A DNA stretch of 64,000 nt from Pristiophorus japonicus (lineage: Eukaryota), in contig NC_091995.1 of NCBI RefSeq assembly GCF_044704955.1, forward strand, positions 4,650,001-4,714,000. The letters run 5' to 3'. Below the pieces are notes generated by a model that was not told the origin of the DNA, made no database searches, and saw only the letters and a list, made by a program, of their open reading frames with translations. Below, piece by piece: positions 24,416-37,855 of the stretch. Numbering within the stretch: the first letter of the stretch is position 1; each line of letters opens with the position of its first letter. Both the position numbers and the translations under genes were made by a program.

Positions 24416-26062
24416 GTACAGGAGCAAGTACAGGAGAAATGAGAAAGAGATGGTCGTCTTCACTAACAATGTAAATATGAAATATTACAGAAAATAAAAC
24501 CAGCTCTTCAATATGCTACTTTATAATGTTGTTCAGTTATTTTTGGTGAGTGTGTCGTACCTCTGCTCCTCGGGCAGACTCTCCTGAAGTAGACATGTTA
24601 ACGCACAGCAGACCACTGGCAGTGCTCAAACAGACTAAACAAGGCTCGACTTTGCAGCATGAAAGAGCTCAAGAGTCAATAGTAAAGTGTGGAGCAACTC
24701 GCTGATCTCAGCTGCCCAAAGCCTGAAGGAAAAGGTTTGGGCCTTTGAGAGGAGCGGACGAGAACTAATGGAAGGAAACGTTTGTAAAGCTAATTAGCAA
24801 AGGCGAGTGGACAATTTTGAACTAATTGAGTCAGAGTTTAGTGAAGTGGATGGGCTGGTACTCAATATTGAGGGCAAGTCACTGGGGAGCTGTGACATGG
24901 ATTTTTGCAACAGGTGCAGGGGCAGCAAGAAACAGAAATAACTGCTGGAGGAAACCGAGCATAGAAGATTATAGAGGATGTACTGACAGTAGGAAGGACG
25001 CTTGTAAAAACACTGAGAAAGCCACAACTTTGTGAAGACAGGAATAGGTCATTCAGCTCCACAAGCCTGTTCCACCATTCAATTAGATCAAGCCCCAACT
25101 CCTAATGGAGAAGACCAAGTCATGGCGGAAGTAGTATTTCAGAAGTCAGAGAACATGGTTAGGGCAAAGATGCAGTTGGTGAGGTGCAGAGAGATTCTGG
25201 CTGTAGGGAGGTGGGTGGTGATGAGTGTGGTAATGATGATGAGTTGGTTACCTAGAGATAGGTCTGTGCACATTGAAGATAAATGACAAAAGGTACTGGA
25301 GGAGCAGGAAGGGCTAAATGACAACGTAAGAAATCCTGTAAGGGCTCTGAACCCTCCCATGCAAGGATGGCCAAGAAAATCAAGGCAATTTCCTTTGACA
25401 TACTTCCTGTTCTGGGTGAAAGAGGTTTGTAAAACATGAGTAACTGCCAGTCAACTTGCTGCTAAAATAATACCAGGACTTTGAAAAGTAAATGGAGTTG
25501 ATCTTGTGACACAAAATGGGAGAGTGATGACCAAATAAAAACAATGGAACTGGTCAGGAACATTGAAGTAGCTGCAAGAAGCATTTACATTGGATAGGAG
25601 GGAGAAGGCCAGGAGGAAAGGTGATCCACATGACATTGATTACAGAGTGGAATCTAGACAGGAGGTGTGTGATATACAAGAACCAGGTAACATTAACAAG
25701 GGTAAACTAGGGGCCAAAAGGTGGGAACATCTACAGTAAGCTGTATAGACGTGAACGCTGAATGCATTAGGAATCAGCAATTACAAAACACGAGGCTACT
25801 GTACCACTCGGGAACTACAGTGTTGTGGGAATATTATAAACATGGCTGACTGCAGAGGATTGTGCACAGGGACAGGAGGAGCCTGTTCCACCGTTCAGTT
25901 AGATCATGGCTGATCTGTACCTCAACTGCATTTGCCCGTTTTTGCTCCATATCCCTTGATGCCCTGAACCAACAGAAATCTACCCATCTCAGTCTTGAAA
26001 ATGTTGAATTGTTTGATCCTCGTATTCAGTCTTTTGAGGGAAAGAGTTCCAGATTTCCACAA

Positions 26063-26926
26063 TTCTTTTGTCGAAAAACATAATTAAACATTAAATCAAG
26101 TGCCCCCTAATCTGAGGGGACACTCCAATCACTTATCAATGCCCTTCTTTTGTGGGTTTTTTTGTGGGGTTTTTTTGGGCAGTTAAAACGTGAATATATA
26201 CAAGTGCCCCCTATAAAAGGGGAGGGGGACACTACAACCGGCAATAAAACAAATTAAACTTTAAAACATATAAAATTAAATTAAAATTTGGTTGCCGGGG
26301 GTAATGATGCACTCCAGTCCCTCCAGCACCCACCTCTCATGGAAGGCCGCGAGCGTACCGGTGGACACTGCGTGCTCCATCTCCAAGAACACCCTGGCTC
26401 GGATGTACACACGGAAGAGAGGCAGGCAGTCAGGCTGAACGACCCCCTCGACCGCCCGCTGCCTGGACCGGCTGATGGCACCCTTGGCCGTGCCCAGGAG
26501 CAGTCCAACGAGGAGGCCCTCAGACCTACCCGCTCCCCCCCGCACAGGGTGCCCAAAGATCAGGAGTGTGGGACTGAAGTACAGCCAGAATTTCATGAGC
26601 AGCCCCTTTAAATAGTTGAAGAGGGGCTGCAACCTAGCACATTCGGTAAAAACATGGAACACGGACTCTTCCAAACCGCAGAAATTGCAGGCGGCCTGGG
26701 AGCCCATGAACCGACTTAAAAATTTGTTGCATTGGAACTGCTCCATGCACCACCCTCCAGGCCAAGTCCCCGATAAACAGTGGGAGGACTCCCGCCTCCT
26801 CCGGACGGCAAGATGGTGCGCCATGGCGTGTCCGGACGGCAGACAACGATGGCAAGGTTGAGAGTGTGCAGGAGCAGCCCGTACAGGAAACCCCTCTGCG
26901 CAGAACTGAAAGGCATGGAGGGGATT
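26063..26926 (-). mobile_element. 5'-truncated Tx1-like LINE (ORF2 C-terminal zinc finger plus 3' UTR) with 16-bp TSD
   Basis: CNFCGLEESVFHVFTEC zf-RVT-type motif. TTCCAGATTTCCACAA at 26047-26062 and 26927-26942. Clade assignment is by resemblance. Confidence 0.8.
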
Positions 26927-27039
26927 TTCCAGATTTCCACAACCCTGTGAATGAATTAACAAAAAAAAAGTATTGAGGTAGAGCAGACAGCAAGAATGTG
27001 ATGTACCAAAGACACTTAGGAGATTAAAGCTGTTCATCC

Positions 27040-27669
27040 TGTGAAAGAGCTGTCCAATTTATTCACACACTCAAGCCTTTTCCCCATAACCCTGCAAATT
27101 AATCCTCTTCAAGTACATGTCCAATTGCCTTTTGAAAGTTCCTCTGGAATCTGCTTCCACCACCCTTTCAGGTTCCAAATCTAAATAACCCTTTGTGAAA
27201 AAATATCTCCACATTTCTCCTCTAGTTCTCTTGCCAATTATTTTAAATTTGTGACCTCTAGCTACCGATCCACTTGCCAGAAGAAAGGTTTTCCCCGTTT
27301 GCTCAATCAAATCTCTCAGAATTTTGAATACCTCTATTAGGTATCCCCTTGACCTTTTCTGCTCCAAGGAGAACAATCCCAGCTTCTGCAATCTCTCCAC
27401 ATAACTGAAGTTCCTCATTCCTACTATCATCCAAGTAAACCCCCTTACCCTCTCCAAAACGTTGATATCCTTCCTTAAGTGTGGTTCACAGAATTCTACA
27501 CAATACTCCAGCAGAGGCCTAACCAGTGATTTGTAAAGGTTTACCATGACTTGCTTGATTTTGAATTCAATGCCCCCATTTACAAAGCCAAGTATCCCAC
27601 AAGTTTTCTTGACTGTCTTATCAACTTGCCCTGCCACCTTCAAAGATTTGTAAACATTTACCCCAGTTC
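27040..27669 (-). mobile_element. CR1 3' part; continues at ~30459-30700 beyond the Gypsy insertion
   Basis: ORF 27071-27643 contains LYKSLVRPLLEYCVEF and related CR1 motifs. Confidence 0.85.
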
Positions 27670-27674
27670 CTTCT

Positions 27675-30453
27675 TGTTATGTAATGATGTGTGTATCGTC
27701 CCAGTACCTTAAATGTATTGTAAGTACTATGCCACACCACAGAGGGCGCTGCGGTGGGAAACCCTGGTAGTACCTGTAACAAGGGCTATATAAGGCTGAC
27801 CACCACACCTGGGAGGCACTCTCGAGCTGAACAATAAAGGACGAAGGTCACAGCAGCTAGACTTACACCAGACCGTGTGGAGTCAGTGATTTGTGTGCTA
27901 CATACACCACTTTGGCAACGAGGAAGTGGACGAACTCCACGCAACCATGGCTACTCTGGCCTCGCTAAAGGATTTTACCGTGGGCAATGATTGGGAGGCC
28001 TTTACGGAAAGGCTCGAGTACTACTTCAGGTCAGCAAATGACCTGACGGAGGACACATACGCAATGAGAGAGAAGCGCAAGGCGATATTACTCTCCAGTT
28101 GTGGAGATGAGGTTTACTGTCTCATCAGGAATTTGCTGGCACCCGGGAGCGCCAGGGACAAGTCATACGAGGAGCTGACTGAACTCATTCGTGACCAGTT
28201 GAAACCGAAGGAGAGCATCCTCACGGCCAGATACAAATTTTACCATCACTGCAGACCCGAGGGCCAGGATATCACCAAATATGCTGCGGACCTCAGGAGA
28301 CTCGCGGCGCCGTGTGATTTTGGGGCACACCTTGACGAGGCTTTGCGGGACGTTTTCATTATGGGGATTGGCCACGACGGCCTCCTTCACAAGCTGCTGG
28401 CCACGGAACCCACAGTCACTCTGACAAAGACCATCGCCATCAGCCGGGCATATATGACCTCTACTTGCAGCACCAAGAAAATAATCCACAGTCTCGAACC
28501 CAGCAGGCACTGTCCACAGGATAGCGCCCACCACGGACAAAACTGCAGAACGTGACTCTGCCCGGGGCAGAGAGCACGGACCTCGGGATCCTGGAGCTCA
28601 GAGTCCGCCGAGGGGGGCCAATCAAGCAGCACCATGCTGGCGCTGTGGAGGAAGCCATGGGGCTCACCGGTGCAGGTTTGCGGAGTATACGTGCAATACC
28701 TGCCACGTTAAAGGCCACCTTCAGCGTATGTGTAAAAGAAATCGGACTCACCATGTGGCTGAGGAGATGGGGGATGATCCACTGTTCAGCGAGGAGCAGG
28801 TAGAAGAAGATGAGGTGTTGGGACTGTATACGTGCACCGACGATTCGCCCCCAGTGATAAGTGAAGTAAAAATCAACGGAGTCCCAGTGAGTATGGAAGT
28901 GGACACGGGCTCGGGTCCGTCGTTGATGAGTCGGGGAACTTTTGATAAACTGTGGATTAACCCAGCTGCACGACCCAAGCTGGTCCCGGTCATGGCGAAG
29001 CTGCGTACCTACACCAGGGAACTAATACCTGTTCTCGGCTGAGCGATGGTGCAGGTATCCCGCGGGGACGAGACACACGGGGACGAGAGACACGAGACCT
29101 TTGTGGGTCGTTGCAGGCGATGGGCCGACACTCCTTGGCCGGAGGTGGATAGGGAAGGTCCGTGGGAGCTGGGAAGACTTCATTCCTCCACAGGCTGCTG
29201 CTCCCCGGGGTGCTGCCATGCCCCGGGTCCTCAGAGAGCAGCGCCGACCAAGCTGGAGCTGCAGCCTCAATCCCCCCACAGGCAAGTCCCAGGCCCGGAT
29301 CTCACACAGAGACCCTGCAGCCCCAGCCCCCACAGGCAAGTCCCAGGCCCGGACCTCACACAGAGACTCTGCAGCCCCAGCCCCCACAGGCAAGCAGCCC
29401 TGAACAGAGGGGCCTAGTGGGGGGGGGGGGGTAGTGAGCTGGCGGGGCGCTGCGGGCGGGGTGCTGAGGGATCCAGGGGCCGGTGGTTCGGAAGGGCCCC
29501 GCAGAGGAAGAGGCCGTTTGGCGGGCCCCGCCGAGGAGCTGGTAGCGTCGGGCGGCGGCAGCAGCTGGGGGTCGGCGGCCATGGCAGCCGCAGGGGAGGC
29601 CGCTACGGAGGCCGCGGGGGACGTGACAAGTGCAGCCGCTGGAGAGGCCACGGCGGCCGCAGGAGAGGCGGCAAGTCAGGTGGCAGCGGGTGGGAGCGGA
29701 GGCTGTGACGGCGGAGGGCATTCGGAGCGGCGGCGGAGAAGAAAATGGCGGCGGCATCGTGTCGGAGCTGCAGAGCATCAAAGATGGCGGCGCCCAAGGA
29801 GAAGCCTCGTGGAATCCTCCTGCATCAAAGATGGCGCCTTAAAGAGGAAATGCACCCAGGAGTCTTAAAAGGGCCTTACAAAGAGGTGGTCCCCACAAAG
29901 GACTTCTGTTTGGCAGAGCGAGTCTAAAATGAGCTATGTTAATGTGAGATAGTGAATTTATAATAAGAATTACTTTTTTTATGCTGAATGGCATATTTGT
30001 GTAAAATAATGGATGAAGTACAATTAATGATAACAGCTAACAAGGAAATCAAGTTTCCGCTACCAGTCAATAACCAGTTAATGTACCAGATAAAATGTAC
30101 CATACTAACGCACTGTCTATGCCCACCTGCCTTCCGTTGGACAAGTGTGATGTTATGTAATGATGTGTGTATCGTTGTCCTGCGTCCAGGTCCGGGGGCG
30201 GTGGGGGGGAAGGTGATGTTATGTAATGATGTGTGTATCGTCCCAGTACCTTAAATGTATTGTAAGTACTATACCACACCACAGAGGGCGCTGCGGTGGG
30301 AAACCCTGGTAGTACCTGTAACAAGGGCTATATAAGGCTGACCACCACATCTGGGAGGCACTCTGGAGCTGAACAATAAAGGACGAAGGTCACAGCAGTT
30401 AGACTTACACCAGACCGTGTGGAGTCAGTGATTTGTGTGCTACATACACCATA
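27675..30453 (+). mobile_element. Non-autonomous Gypsy-type LTR element: 237-bp LTRs (27675-27911, 30217-30453), tRNA-Ser-like PBS, gag with two CCHC knuckles, protease; no RT or integrase
   Basis: Near-identical LTRs and 5-bp TSD CTTCT (27670-27674, 30454-30458). PBS TGGCAACGAGGA; CWRCGGSH..C and CNTCHVKGH..C knuckles; MEVDTGS protease; PPT before the 3' LTR. Confidence 0.92.
29273..29394 (+). repeat. 54-bp tandem repeat (~2.3 copies) inside the LTR element
   Basis: GGCAAG at 29281, 29335 and 29389 with conserved units. Confidence 0.85.
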
Positions 30454-31429
30454 CTTCTGTTCTTGCACAACCCTCAAAATAGAACCATTTAGATTATACT
30501 GCCTCTCCATGTTGTTCCTCCTAAAGTGCATCACCTCACACTCATCCACATGAAATTGTATCTGCCATGTGTCTGCCCATTTCTCCAGCCTGTCTATGTC
30601 CTCCTGAAGTCTGCTACTATCCTGCTCACTATGTTGCCAAGTTTTGTGTCATCTGCAAACTTCAAAATTGTACTTTCAATACCCAAGTTCAGGTTACTTA
30701 TCTACATCAAGGAAAGCTTATCGTGAATGGTCTCGGATTTATCACAGATGTGTCTCCATTCTGAGTAAAATATCATCCTTTTCTTCATTCAGTTCTTCGA
30801 CCAAGCTCTGTTCCTTTTCATCCAAAATGTTCCCTAATTTAGAAAATTCGGAGTCGATGAGGTTCTGCGATTGATTCGACTGTTCCTGTGAAGACAAAAA
30901 GAGCTTGTTAAAGAAGGAAGCAAAACCATTGCAGGTCACCAGCACATTAATCCCAGTGTTTAATAAACACCAAGCCAAGCTGCTGAAAATGCACAGGGAT
31001 AGAGTTCTGTTAGCTGGGCATGGGGTGCATAACACGCTCTCCGTACAGGCACGGCCCACTGAGAATTCATCTTCATTTTGGAGATGCTCTCTTACTGCTT
31101 AAACTCAAAATTGTCAAAAGAGGATTTCTTCTGCCTCAGAGAATGTAGGATTGCGTTTATTTTCACCTGCAATTTAAATTAAATAAGGTCTGAAGTTAAT
31201 TGGCAAAAAATCCAGGGGGAAATGAGAGAAAACATTCTTGCACAGTGAGTTATGGTGATCTGGAACGCACTGCCCGGAAGGGCGGGGGAAGCAGATTCAA
31301 TAGTAGCTTTCAAAAGGGAATTGGATAAATAGTTGAATAGGAGACATTCATAGGGCTCTGGGGAAAGAGCAGGGAGTGAGACTAATGGGACAGCTCTTTC
31401 AAAGAGCCAGCAACTTACAGATTATGACC

Positions 31430-32034
31430 ACCTCTGTAACATTGCCCGTCTCCACCCCTTGCCTGAGCTCATCCGCTGCTGAAACCCTCATCCACGCCTT
31501 TGTTGCCTCTAGACTTGTTTATTCTAACGCACTGCTGGCTGGCCTCCCACATTCTACCCTCCGTAAACTAGAGGTGATCCAAAACTCGGCAGCCCGTGTC
31601 CTAACTCGCATCAAGTCCCGCTCACCGACCGACCGACATTGGCTCCCGTTTAAACAAAATTCCCATCCTTGTTTACAAATCCCTCCATGGCCCTCGCCCC
31701 TCCCTATCTCTGTAATCTCCTCCAGCCCCACAACCCCCGAGATGTCTGCGCTCCTCTAATTCTGCCCTCCTGACCATCCCTGATAATAGTCGCTCCACCA
31801 TCGGTGGCCGTGCCTTCAGCTGCCTGGGCCCCAAGCTCTGGAACTCCCTCCCTAAACCTCTCCACCTCTCCACCTCACTTTCCTCCTTCAACCCGCTCCT
31901 TAAAACCTACCTCGTTCCCTTGCGATAATTTCTTCCTATGTGGCTGGTGTTAAATTTATCTGTTTGGTCTTATAACACTGCTGTGACGGACCTTGGGACC
32001 TTTTACTGCGTCAAAGGTGCTATATAAACACAAG

Positions 32035-32064
<30 letters not shown>
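31430..32064 (+). mobile_element. L2-type LINE 3' end with (TTG)n tail
   Basis: AETLIHAFVASRLVYSNALLAGLP..IQNSAARVLT motif. Confidence 0.8.
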
Positions 32065-32065
<1 letters not shown>

Positions 32066-32667
32066 CCCCCTCCCGGCCAATCACAGCACACACCCCGCGC
32101 CCGCTCACAGGGGCAAAGACTGACGACCGTTAAACATTAAATATTTAAACCCAACCGGCAAGTTCCGAGCGCGAGCCTCTTTCAACCGAAACCATGGCCG
32201 CAAACCCCGCCTCCCGGCGGCGCTGATTGGCCAGTGGCGGAGCGGTGTGGGAGAACAGTGGGGAAGCGGATTGGCCGGAGCGCCTGGCACTCATAGTGAA
32301 GGAGGTGGCTTTCCGGGGCGGGGCTCTCCCGGGGGAAGCCGACTGGCCGGAGCGCCTGTCACTCAGAGTGAGGGAGGCGGGTTTCCGGAGCAGACCCGGG
32401 CCTCAGTGGGAGTCGGACTCGGAACTTGGGCAGTGTGTTTGGGTCGAGCGCTAGTGACGCCGCGGTGGGCCCTTGTCTCGGCGAGTTGGAGCCGGTGGGA
32501 GCGGTTCACGGCGGCCGCCGCCTGCTTTTATACTCGGGGCGGGGTTTATTTCACACTTTGGATTCTTCTTGTTATTATTCACTCGGGGGGAGCCAGGGCG
32601 TCATGGCAACGGGTTTGGTGAGCGAGCTGGACAGTCGCTTCTTCCCCGGGAACCTGCTGAGCGGTGG
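32065..32667 (+). promoter_or_regulatory. CpG promoter/ATF6B-like exon-1 cassette, copy 2 (ATG 32603; canonical donor lost; 2 repeat units)
   Basis: Paralog of 563-1335; encodes MATGLVSELDSRFFPGNLLSGG. Confidence 0.7.
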
Positions 32668-33002
32668 GGATGGGGGGGAGGTGTTTGCTCCAGTCTGTAC
32701 TATATATAATGTGTGGGATTTTGTTGTGGATTGTGGGAGGGGAAACACATTTAAATAGTGTTTACAATGACGGGGTCTGCTGCCCAGTGAGTGAGCCACA
32801 GTCCTGGCTGGTGGCTACAGGATGTGCTGCAGATGGTACAGATCCAATGTGTAATCCATTGGAAGGTAATGCACCTAATTACCTACCTGCCAAATCTCAG
32901 TTATTGGGAGTGGGCACGATATATCGTATCATTTTTAAATGAACAAACCGCAGCCGTGCCTTCAGTTGCCTGGGCCCTAAGCTCTGGATTCTCTTCCTGC
33001 AG

Positions 33003-33150
33003 AGCTCCAGGAGAAGGTCATTCGGTTGCAGCAGGAGAACAAGATGCTGCGTGTACAGCAAGAGGAGATGCACAAGGACCGATTAACCGAGTTCCAGATC
33101 GTGCTGGACGCTGCCATCAGGAACACGCACAAACTGGAGAATGAAAACAG
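33003..33150 (+). pseudogene. Orphan Hook-family (HOOK1/2/3-like) internal exon
   Basis: EKVIRLQQENKMLRVQQE...LENENR resembles the recalled Hook motif EKLIRLQHENKML...ELETENR. Pyrimidine tract plus AG upstream, AG|GTCAG donor. No other Hook exons recognised. Confidence 0.7.
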
Positions 33151-33229
33151 GTCAGCAGGGGGAGTTGGAAATGTGCCAAAAGCACATGAACATTTTGGGA
33201 AGTTCAGTGTTGAAGCATGTATTTTTTCA

Positions 33230-33710
33230 CCCAGGTAACCAATGTGCAAGCAATTAAGAAAGCAAATGGTATGTTGGCCTTTATTTACAAGAGGATTTTG
33301 AGTATGAGTAAAGTGCAATTATATCGGGCCCTGGTGAGACCACACCTGGAGTCTTGTGTACAGTTTTGGTCTCCTCACCGAAGGAAGGATATACTTGCCA
33401 TTGAGGGAGTGCAATGAAAGTTCACCAGACTGATTCCTGGGATGGGGAAGATTGTCCTATGAGGAGAGATTGAGTAGACTAGGCCTATATTCTTCAGAAT
33501 TTAGAAGAATGAGAGGTGATCTCATTGAAACATACAAAATTCTTACAGGGCTTGACAAGGTGATGCAGGGAGGATGTTTCATGTGGCTGAGGAATCCAGA
33601 ACTAGGGGTTCTAGTCTCAGAACATGATCAGATCAGCCATGATCTTGTTGAATGACGGAGCAGGCTCGAGGGCCGTATGGCCTACTCCTGTTCCTATTTC
33701 TTATGATCTT
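33230..33710 (+). mobile_element. CR1 3' fragment
   Basis: [19 protein letters not shown] and RMRGDLIETYKIL motifs. Confidence 0.85.
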
Positions 33711-33711
33711 A

Positions 33712-36320
33712 GAAACATAGGAACATAGAAAATAGGTGCAGGAGCAGGCTTTGAGCCTGCACCACCGTTCAGTATGATCATGGCTGATCATGCAACTTCA
33801 GTACCCCACTCCTGCCTTCTCTCCATAACCCCTGATCCCTTTAGCTGTAAGGGCCACATCTAACTCCCTTTTGAATATATCCAACGAACTAGACTCAACA
33901 ACTTTCTGTGGTACAGAATTCCATAAGTTCACAATTCCCTGGGTGAAAAAGTTTCTCCTCATCGCGATCCTATATGGCTTACCCCTTATCCTTAGACTGC
34001 GACCCCTGGTTCTGGACTTCCCCCAACATTGGGAACATTCTTCCTGCATCGAACCTGTCCAATCCCGTATAATTTTATATGCGTCTAGGCTTATATTCAT
34101 TCCAATGAATACAAGCCAAGTCGATCCAGTCTTTTTTAATATGTCAGTCCTGCCATCCTGGTAATCAGTCTGGTGAGACTTCGCTGCACTCCCTCAATAG
34201 CAAGAATGTCCTTCCTCAGATTAGGAGACCAAAACTGCACACAATACTCAAGATGTGGGTCTCACCAAGGCCCTGTACAACTGCAATAAGACCTCCCTGC
34301 TCCTATACTCAAATCGTCTCGCTATGAAGGCCAACATGCTGTTTGCTTTCTTAACTGCCTGCTGTACCTGCATGCCTACTTTCAATGACTGATGTACCAT
34401 GACACTCAGGTCTCGTTGCACCTCCTCTTTTCCTAATCTGTCACCATTCAGATAATATTCTGTCTTCCTGCTTTTGTCACCAAAGTGGATAACCTCACAT
34501 TTATCCACATTATACTGCATCTGCCATGCATTTGCCCACTCACCTAACCTGTCCAAGTCACCCTGCAGCCTCTTGGCATCCACCCAGCTTAGTGTCATCT
34601 GCAAACTTGGAGATATTACATTCAATTCCTTTGTCTAAATCATTAATATAATAGTGTAAATAGCTGGGGTCCCAGAACTGAACCTTGTGGTACCCCACTA
34701 GTCACTGCCTGCCATTCTGAAAAGGACCTGTTTTTTCCCACTCTTTGCTTCCTGTCTGCCAACCAGTTCTCTATCCACGTCAATATATTATCCCCAATCC
34801 CATGTGCCTTAATTTTACACACTAATCTCTTGTGTGGGACCTTGTCAAAAGCCTTTTGAAGTCCAAATACACCACATCCACTGGTTCTCCCTTATCCACT
34901 CTACTAGTTACATCCTCAAAAAATTCTAGAAGATTTGTCAAGCATGACTTCCCTTTCATAAATCCATGCTGACTTGGACCGATCCTATCACTGCTTTCCA
35001 AATGTGCTGCTGTTAAATCTTTAATAATTGATTACAGCATTTTCCCCATTACTGATTCAGGCTAACCGGTCTATAATTCCCTGTTTTCTCTCTGCCTCCT
35101 TTTTTTATAAAGTGGGGTTATATTAGCTACCCTAAAAATCCATAGGAACTGATCCAGGATCCATGGAATGTTGGAAAATGACCACCAATGCATCTACTAC
35201 TTCTAGGGCCACTTAAGTACTCTGGGATGCAGACTATCGGGCCCTGGGGATTTATCGGCCTTCAATCCCATCAATTTCCCTAACACCATTTCCTGACTAA
35301 TGAGTTCCCTCTGTTCCTCCTTCTCGCTAAACTCTCGGTCCCCTTGTATTTTCGGGATTGTATTTATTTGTGTCTTCCTCAGTGAAGACAGAACCAAAGT
35401 ATTTGTTCAATTGCTCTGCTATTTCCTTGTTCTCCATTATGAATTCATCTGATTCTGACATTAGTCTTCACATATCTATAGAAGCTTTTGCAGTCAGTTT
35501 TTATGTTCCCTGCAAGCTTACACTCATATTCTATTTTTCCCCTCTGCTGAAATCTAAATTTCTCCCTGTCCTCAGGTTTGCTGCTTTTTCTGGCCAATTT
35601 ATATGCCTCTTCCTTGGATTTAACACTATCCCTAATTTCCCTTGTTAGCCACGGTTGAGCCACCGTCGCCATTTTATTTTTTACGCCAGACAGAGATGTA
35701 CAATTGTTGTAGTTCATCCATGTGATCTTTCAATGTCTGCCATTGCCTATCCACCATCAACCCTTTTAAGTATAATTCGCCAGTCTATCCGAGCCAATTA
35801 ATGTCTCATACCATCGAAGTTACCTTTCTTTAAGTTCAGGACCCTAGTCTCTGAATTAACTGTGTCACTCTGATGTCCTTCCTTACTATTGCGTTAATCT
35901 CCTCTTTAACCAGTAACACGACCCCACCTCCTTTTCCTTTCTGTATATCCTTTGTGAATATTGAATACCCCTGGATATGGAGTTCCCAGCTTTGGTCACC
36001 CTGGAGCCATGTATCCATAATCCTAATTACATCATATCCGTTAACAGCTACCTCGCAGTTAATTCATCCACCTTATTACGAATGCTCCTCGCATTGAGAC
36101 TCCGAGCCTTCAGGTTTTTTTTTTAGCACTCTTTGTCCTTTTAGAATTATGTTGTAATGTGGCCCTTTTTGATTTTTGCCCTTGATTTCTCTGCCTTCCA
36201 CTCTCTCTTTTCTCCTTTCTACCTTTTGCTTCTGTCCCCTTTTTTACTTCCCACTGCCTCCCTGGATAGATTCACATCCCCCTGCCATATTAGTTTAAAC
36301 CCTCCCCAACAGCACTAGCA
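33712..36320 (-). mobile_element. Long degenerate CR1 (endonuclease to 3' tail, internally deleted)
   Basis: Endonuclease, KSPGPD, RT and 3' tail motifs in order, with frameshifts. Confidence 0.85.
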
Positions 36321-36496
36321 AACACTCTCTAAACCTCGACAGCTTCTCTAACCCTCTCTCCTCCTTTGAGCCGCTTCTTAAAGCCTACTTCTTTGACTAG
36401 CTCCTGGTCACCTGTCTTAATATCTCCTCATGTGGCTCGGTATCAAATTTTGTTTGACACCGAATTAAGGTGATTCGATCAAGAAACAGGGGCGAC

Positions 36497-37855
36497 ATGA
36501 AACATAGAAAATAGGTGCAGGAGTCGGCCATTCGGCCCTTCGAGCCTGCACCGCCATTCAATAAGATCATGGCTGATCATTCCCTCAGTACCCCTTTCCT
36601 GTTTCTCTTCATACACCTTGATCCACTTAGCCGTAAGGGCCATATCTAACTCCCTCTTGAATATATCCAATGAACTGGCATCAACAACTCTCTGCGGCAG
36701 GGAATTCCATAGGTTAACAATAAGAGTGAAGAAGTTTCTCCTCATCTCAGTCCTAAATGACCCACCTCTTATCCTAAGACTATGTCCCCTAGTTCTGGAC
36801 TTCCCCAACATCGGGAACATTCTTCCCGCATCTAACCTGTCCAGTCCCATCAGAATCTTATACGTTTCTATGAGATCCCCTCTCATCCTTCTAAATTCCT
36901 GTGAATAAAAGCCCAGTTGATCCAGTCTCTCCTCATATGACAGCCCAGCCATCCCTGGAATCAATCTGGTGTACCTTCACTGCATTCCCTCAATAGCAAG
37001 AACGTCCTTCCTCAGATTAGGAGACCAAAACTGAACACAATATTCCAGGTGAGGCCTCACCAAGGTCCTGTACAACTGCAGTAAGACCTCCCTGCTCCTA
37101 TACTTAAATCCCCTAGCTATGAAGGCCAACATACCATTTGCCGCCTTCACCGCCTGCTGTACCTGCATGCCCACTTTGTGTCTGATGAACCATGACACCC
37201 AGGTCTCGTTGCACCTCCCCTTTTCCTAATCCAGATAATATTCTGACTTTGTGTTTTTGCCCCCAAAGTGGATAACCTCGCATTTATCCACATTATACTG
37301 CATCTACCATGCATTTGCCCACTCACCTAACCTGTCCAAGTCACCCTGCAGCCTCTTTGCATCCTCCTCACAGCTCACACCGCCACCCAGTTTAGTGTCA
37401 TCCGCTAACTTGGAGATATTACACTCAATTCCTTCATCTAAATCGTTAATGTATATTGTGAAGAGCTGGCGTCCCAGCACTGAGCCCTGCGGCACTCCAC
37501 TAGTCACAGCCTGCCATTCTGAAAAGGACCCGTTTATCCTGGCTCTGCTTCTTGTCTGCCAACCAGTTCTCTATCCACGTCAGTACATTACCCCCAATAC
37601 CATGTGCTTTGATTTTGCACACCAATCTCTTGTGCGGGACCTTGTCAAAAGCCTTTTGAAATTCCAAATGCACCACATCCACTGGCTCTTCCTTGTCCAC
37701 TCTGCTAGTTACATCCTCAAAAAAATTCCAGAAGATTCGTCAAACATGATTTCCCTTTCATAAATCCATGCTGACTTGGTCCAATCCTATCACTGCTTTC
37801 CAACTGCCCTGCTATTTCATCCTTAATGATTGATTACAACATTTTCCCCACTACT
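36497..37855 (-). mobile_element. CR1 RT to 3' end
   Basis: [20 protein letters not shown] and ADDTKL motifs. Confidence 0.88.

Larger units (their letters stand above)
24452..31166 (-). pseudogene. Second-lineage TRIM relic (exons 31166-31071, 30885-~30720, ~24580-24560, partial linker) within an inverted duplicate
   Basis: QEQSNQSQNLIDSEFSKLGNILDEKEQSLVEELNEEK; reverse-complement paralog of 1642-5032 and 40238-45340. Confidence 0.75.

Noticed and set aside
29022-29868. Overlapping Ala/Pro/Gly-rich ORFs in the LTR element
   Set aside because: Expected from high GC content; no recognisable domain.
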